Assembly (NCBI GenBank): GCA_041482275.1
Contig: JBGPDL010000006.1
Location: 1 to 62,314, forward strand
Length of the DNA: 62,314 nt
Direction: 5' to 3'
Source: Gemmatimonadota bacterium
Lineage (GTDB): Bacteria > Gemmatimonadota > Gemmatimonadetes > Gemmatimonadales > GWC2-71-9
Below the pieces are notes generated by a model. It was given only the letters and a program-made list of their open reading frames with translations. It was not told the origin of the DNA and made no database searches. This document shows, one piece after another, positions 58,681 through 62,314 of this stretch. Within the stretch, counting starts at the first letter, position 1, and each line of letters starts with the position of its first letter. Both the position numbers and the translations under genes were made by a program.

Positions 58681-59360
58681 AGCAGTCCCGCTTCCGCGAA
58701 GCTCACGTAGCGATCGCCTCCGACGATCACGTGGTCGTACACCGGGACGTCCAGCAGCCGGCCGGCATCCACGAGCTGCCGGGTCACCGCCCGGTCGTCC
58801 GCCGAGGGCGTGGGGTCGCCGCTCGGGTGGTTGTGCACCACGATGATCCCCGCCGCCGCCTCGGCGATCGCCGCCCGAAACACCTCCCGCGGGTGCACCA
58901 GCGAGCTATTCAAGATCCCTCGCGTGATGAGCAGGTCCCCCAGCACCTGGCTCTGGCTGCCCAGGGCCAGCACATGGAATTCCTCCACGGCGAGGTCCCG
59001 CAGCCGGGTGGCGTAGAAGCGCTGCACATCGGCGGGGCCCCGGATCCGCTCGGGTGGCGGCTCCTGCTCCGCGCTCACCCGGCGCCCCAACTCGAGCGCG
59101 GCCGCCACCCGGGCCGCCTTGGTGCGGCCCACGCCCGGCACCAAAGCCAGCTCCGCGGAGGGACGCCCCGCCAGCCGGCGCAGCGAGCCCTCCACCCGGG
59201 TGAGTACCTCGCCCGCCACCGCGAGGGCGTCCTGGCCGGCGCATCCCGTACCTAGGAGAATGGCCAGGAGCTCCTGTCCCGTCAACGCGGCGGGGCCCAC
59301 GCTCCATAACCGCTCCCGCGGACGGTCGTGCTCGGCATGCTCGGAGAGACGCAGCGGCAT
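58677..59360 (-). CDS. radC: RadC (JAB domain) family protein
   Basis: RPRERL, VHPREVF, HNHPSGD and DH. Confidence 0.95.
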   Translation of the reverse strand: MPLRLSEHAEHDRPRERLWSVGPAALTGQELLAILLGTGCAGQDALAVAGEVLTRVEGSLRRLAGRPSAELALVPGVGRTKAARVAAALELGRRVSAEQEPPPERIRGPADVQRFYATRLRDLAVEEFHVLALGSQSQVLGDLLITRGILNSSLVHPREVFRAAIAEAAAGIIVVHNHPSGDPTPSADDRAVTRQLVDAGRLLDVPVYDHVIVGGDRYVSFAEAGLL

Positions 59361-59399
59361 GGTGCCAAGCTAGCCAGCGCCAAGGGAGTAGGCGTATCC

Positions 59400-59434
59400 A
59401 AAAAAAACGAGGGGGCGCAGCCTGCTGCGCCCCC
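59400..59434 (-). terminator. Rho-independent terminator of secA
   Basis: GGGGGCGCAG-CAGG-CTGCGCCCCC then TCG and T8. Confidence 0.9.
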
Positions 59435-59459
59435 GTCCCGCGTCCCCCGTCCCGTTACA

Positions 59460-62314
<2,855 letters not shown>

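Noticed and set aside
58677-59360. radC as a marker of a mobile element
   Set aside because: Full-length chromosomal type coupled to relA; no integrase or att sites.

Overview
High-GC window that looks like core chromosome of a Gemmatimonadota-like (FCB group) bacterium; the taxon is inferred from gene content and style. All genes are on the minus strand except one SurA/PpiD-type chaperone. From the right end: secA (partial), radC, relA/spoT, uvrB, tsaE, tsaB, rimI, ssb, a LysM protein, ccsA-like, hemA, galE, the tol-pal cluster, a single-ORF TatC-LptD fusion, a lipoprotein, hutHUI, a TPR protein, polyprenyl synthase, tatA, ppiD, a second TPR protein, aroQ, pepP, accB-pilT/U-accC, comB, ftsK, yraN, recA, recX, alaS, a GGGP-synthase homologue, gmhA, an SDR, cca, a ZIP transporter, rarA, a LEA_2 protein and hflX. 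The left 6.3 kb is accessory: a GEMM-I cyclic-dinucleotide riboswitch with the A20 (c-AMP-GMP-type) base and an overlapping terminator precedes two tandem Ig-repeat lipoproteins that share an unusual N-terminal leader but have different catalytic heads; asnB (partial) follows. Main leads: (1) this riboswitch-controlled modular surface-enzyme system; (2) a TatC-internal signal peptide-LptD polyprotein; (3) three probable non-canonical start codons (ATC, CTG, ACG) behind strong SD sites; (4) inverted pairs of heptamer arrays inside housekeeping genes. No CRISPR array, tRNA, rRNA or transposase was seen. All calls come from manual reading, and many starts were moved from the ORF track.
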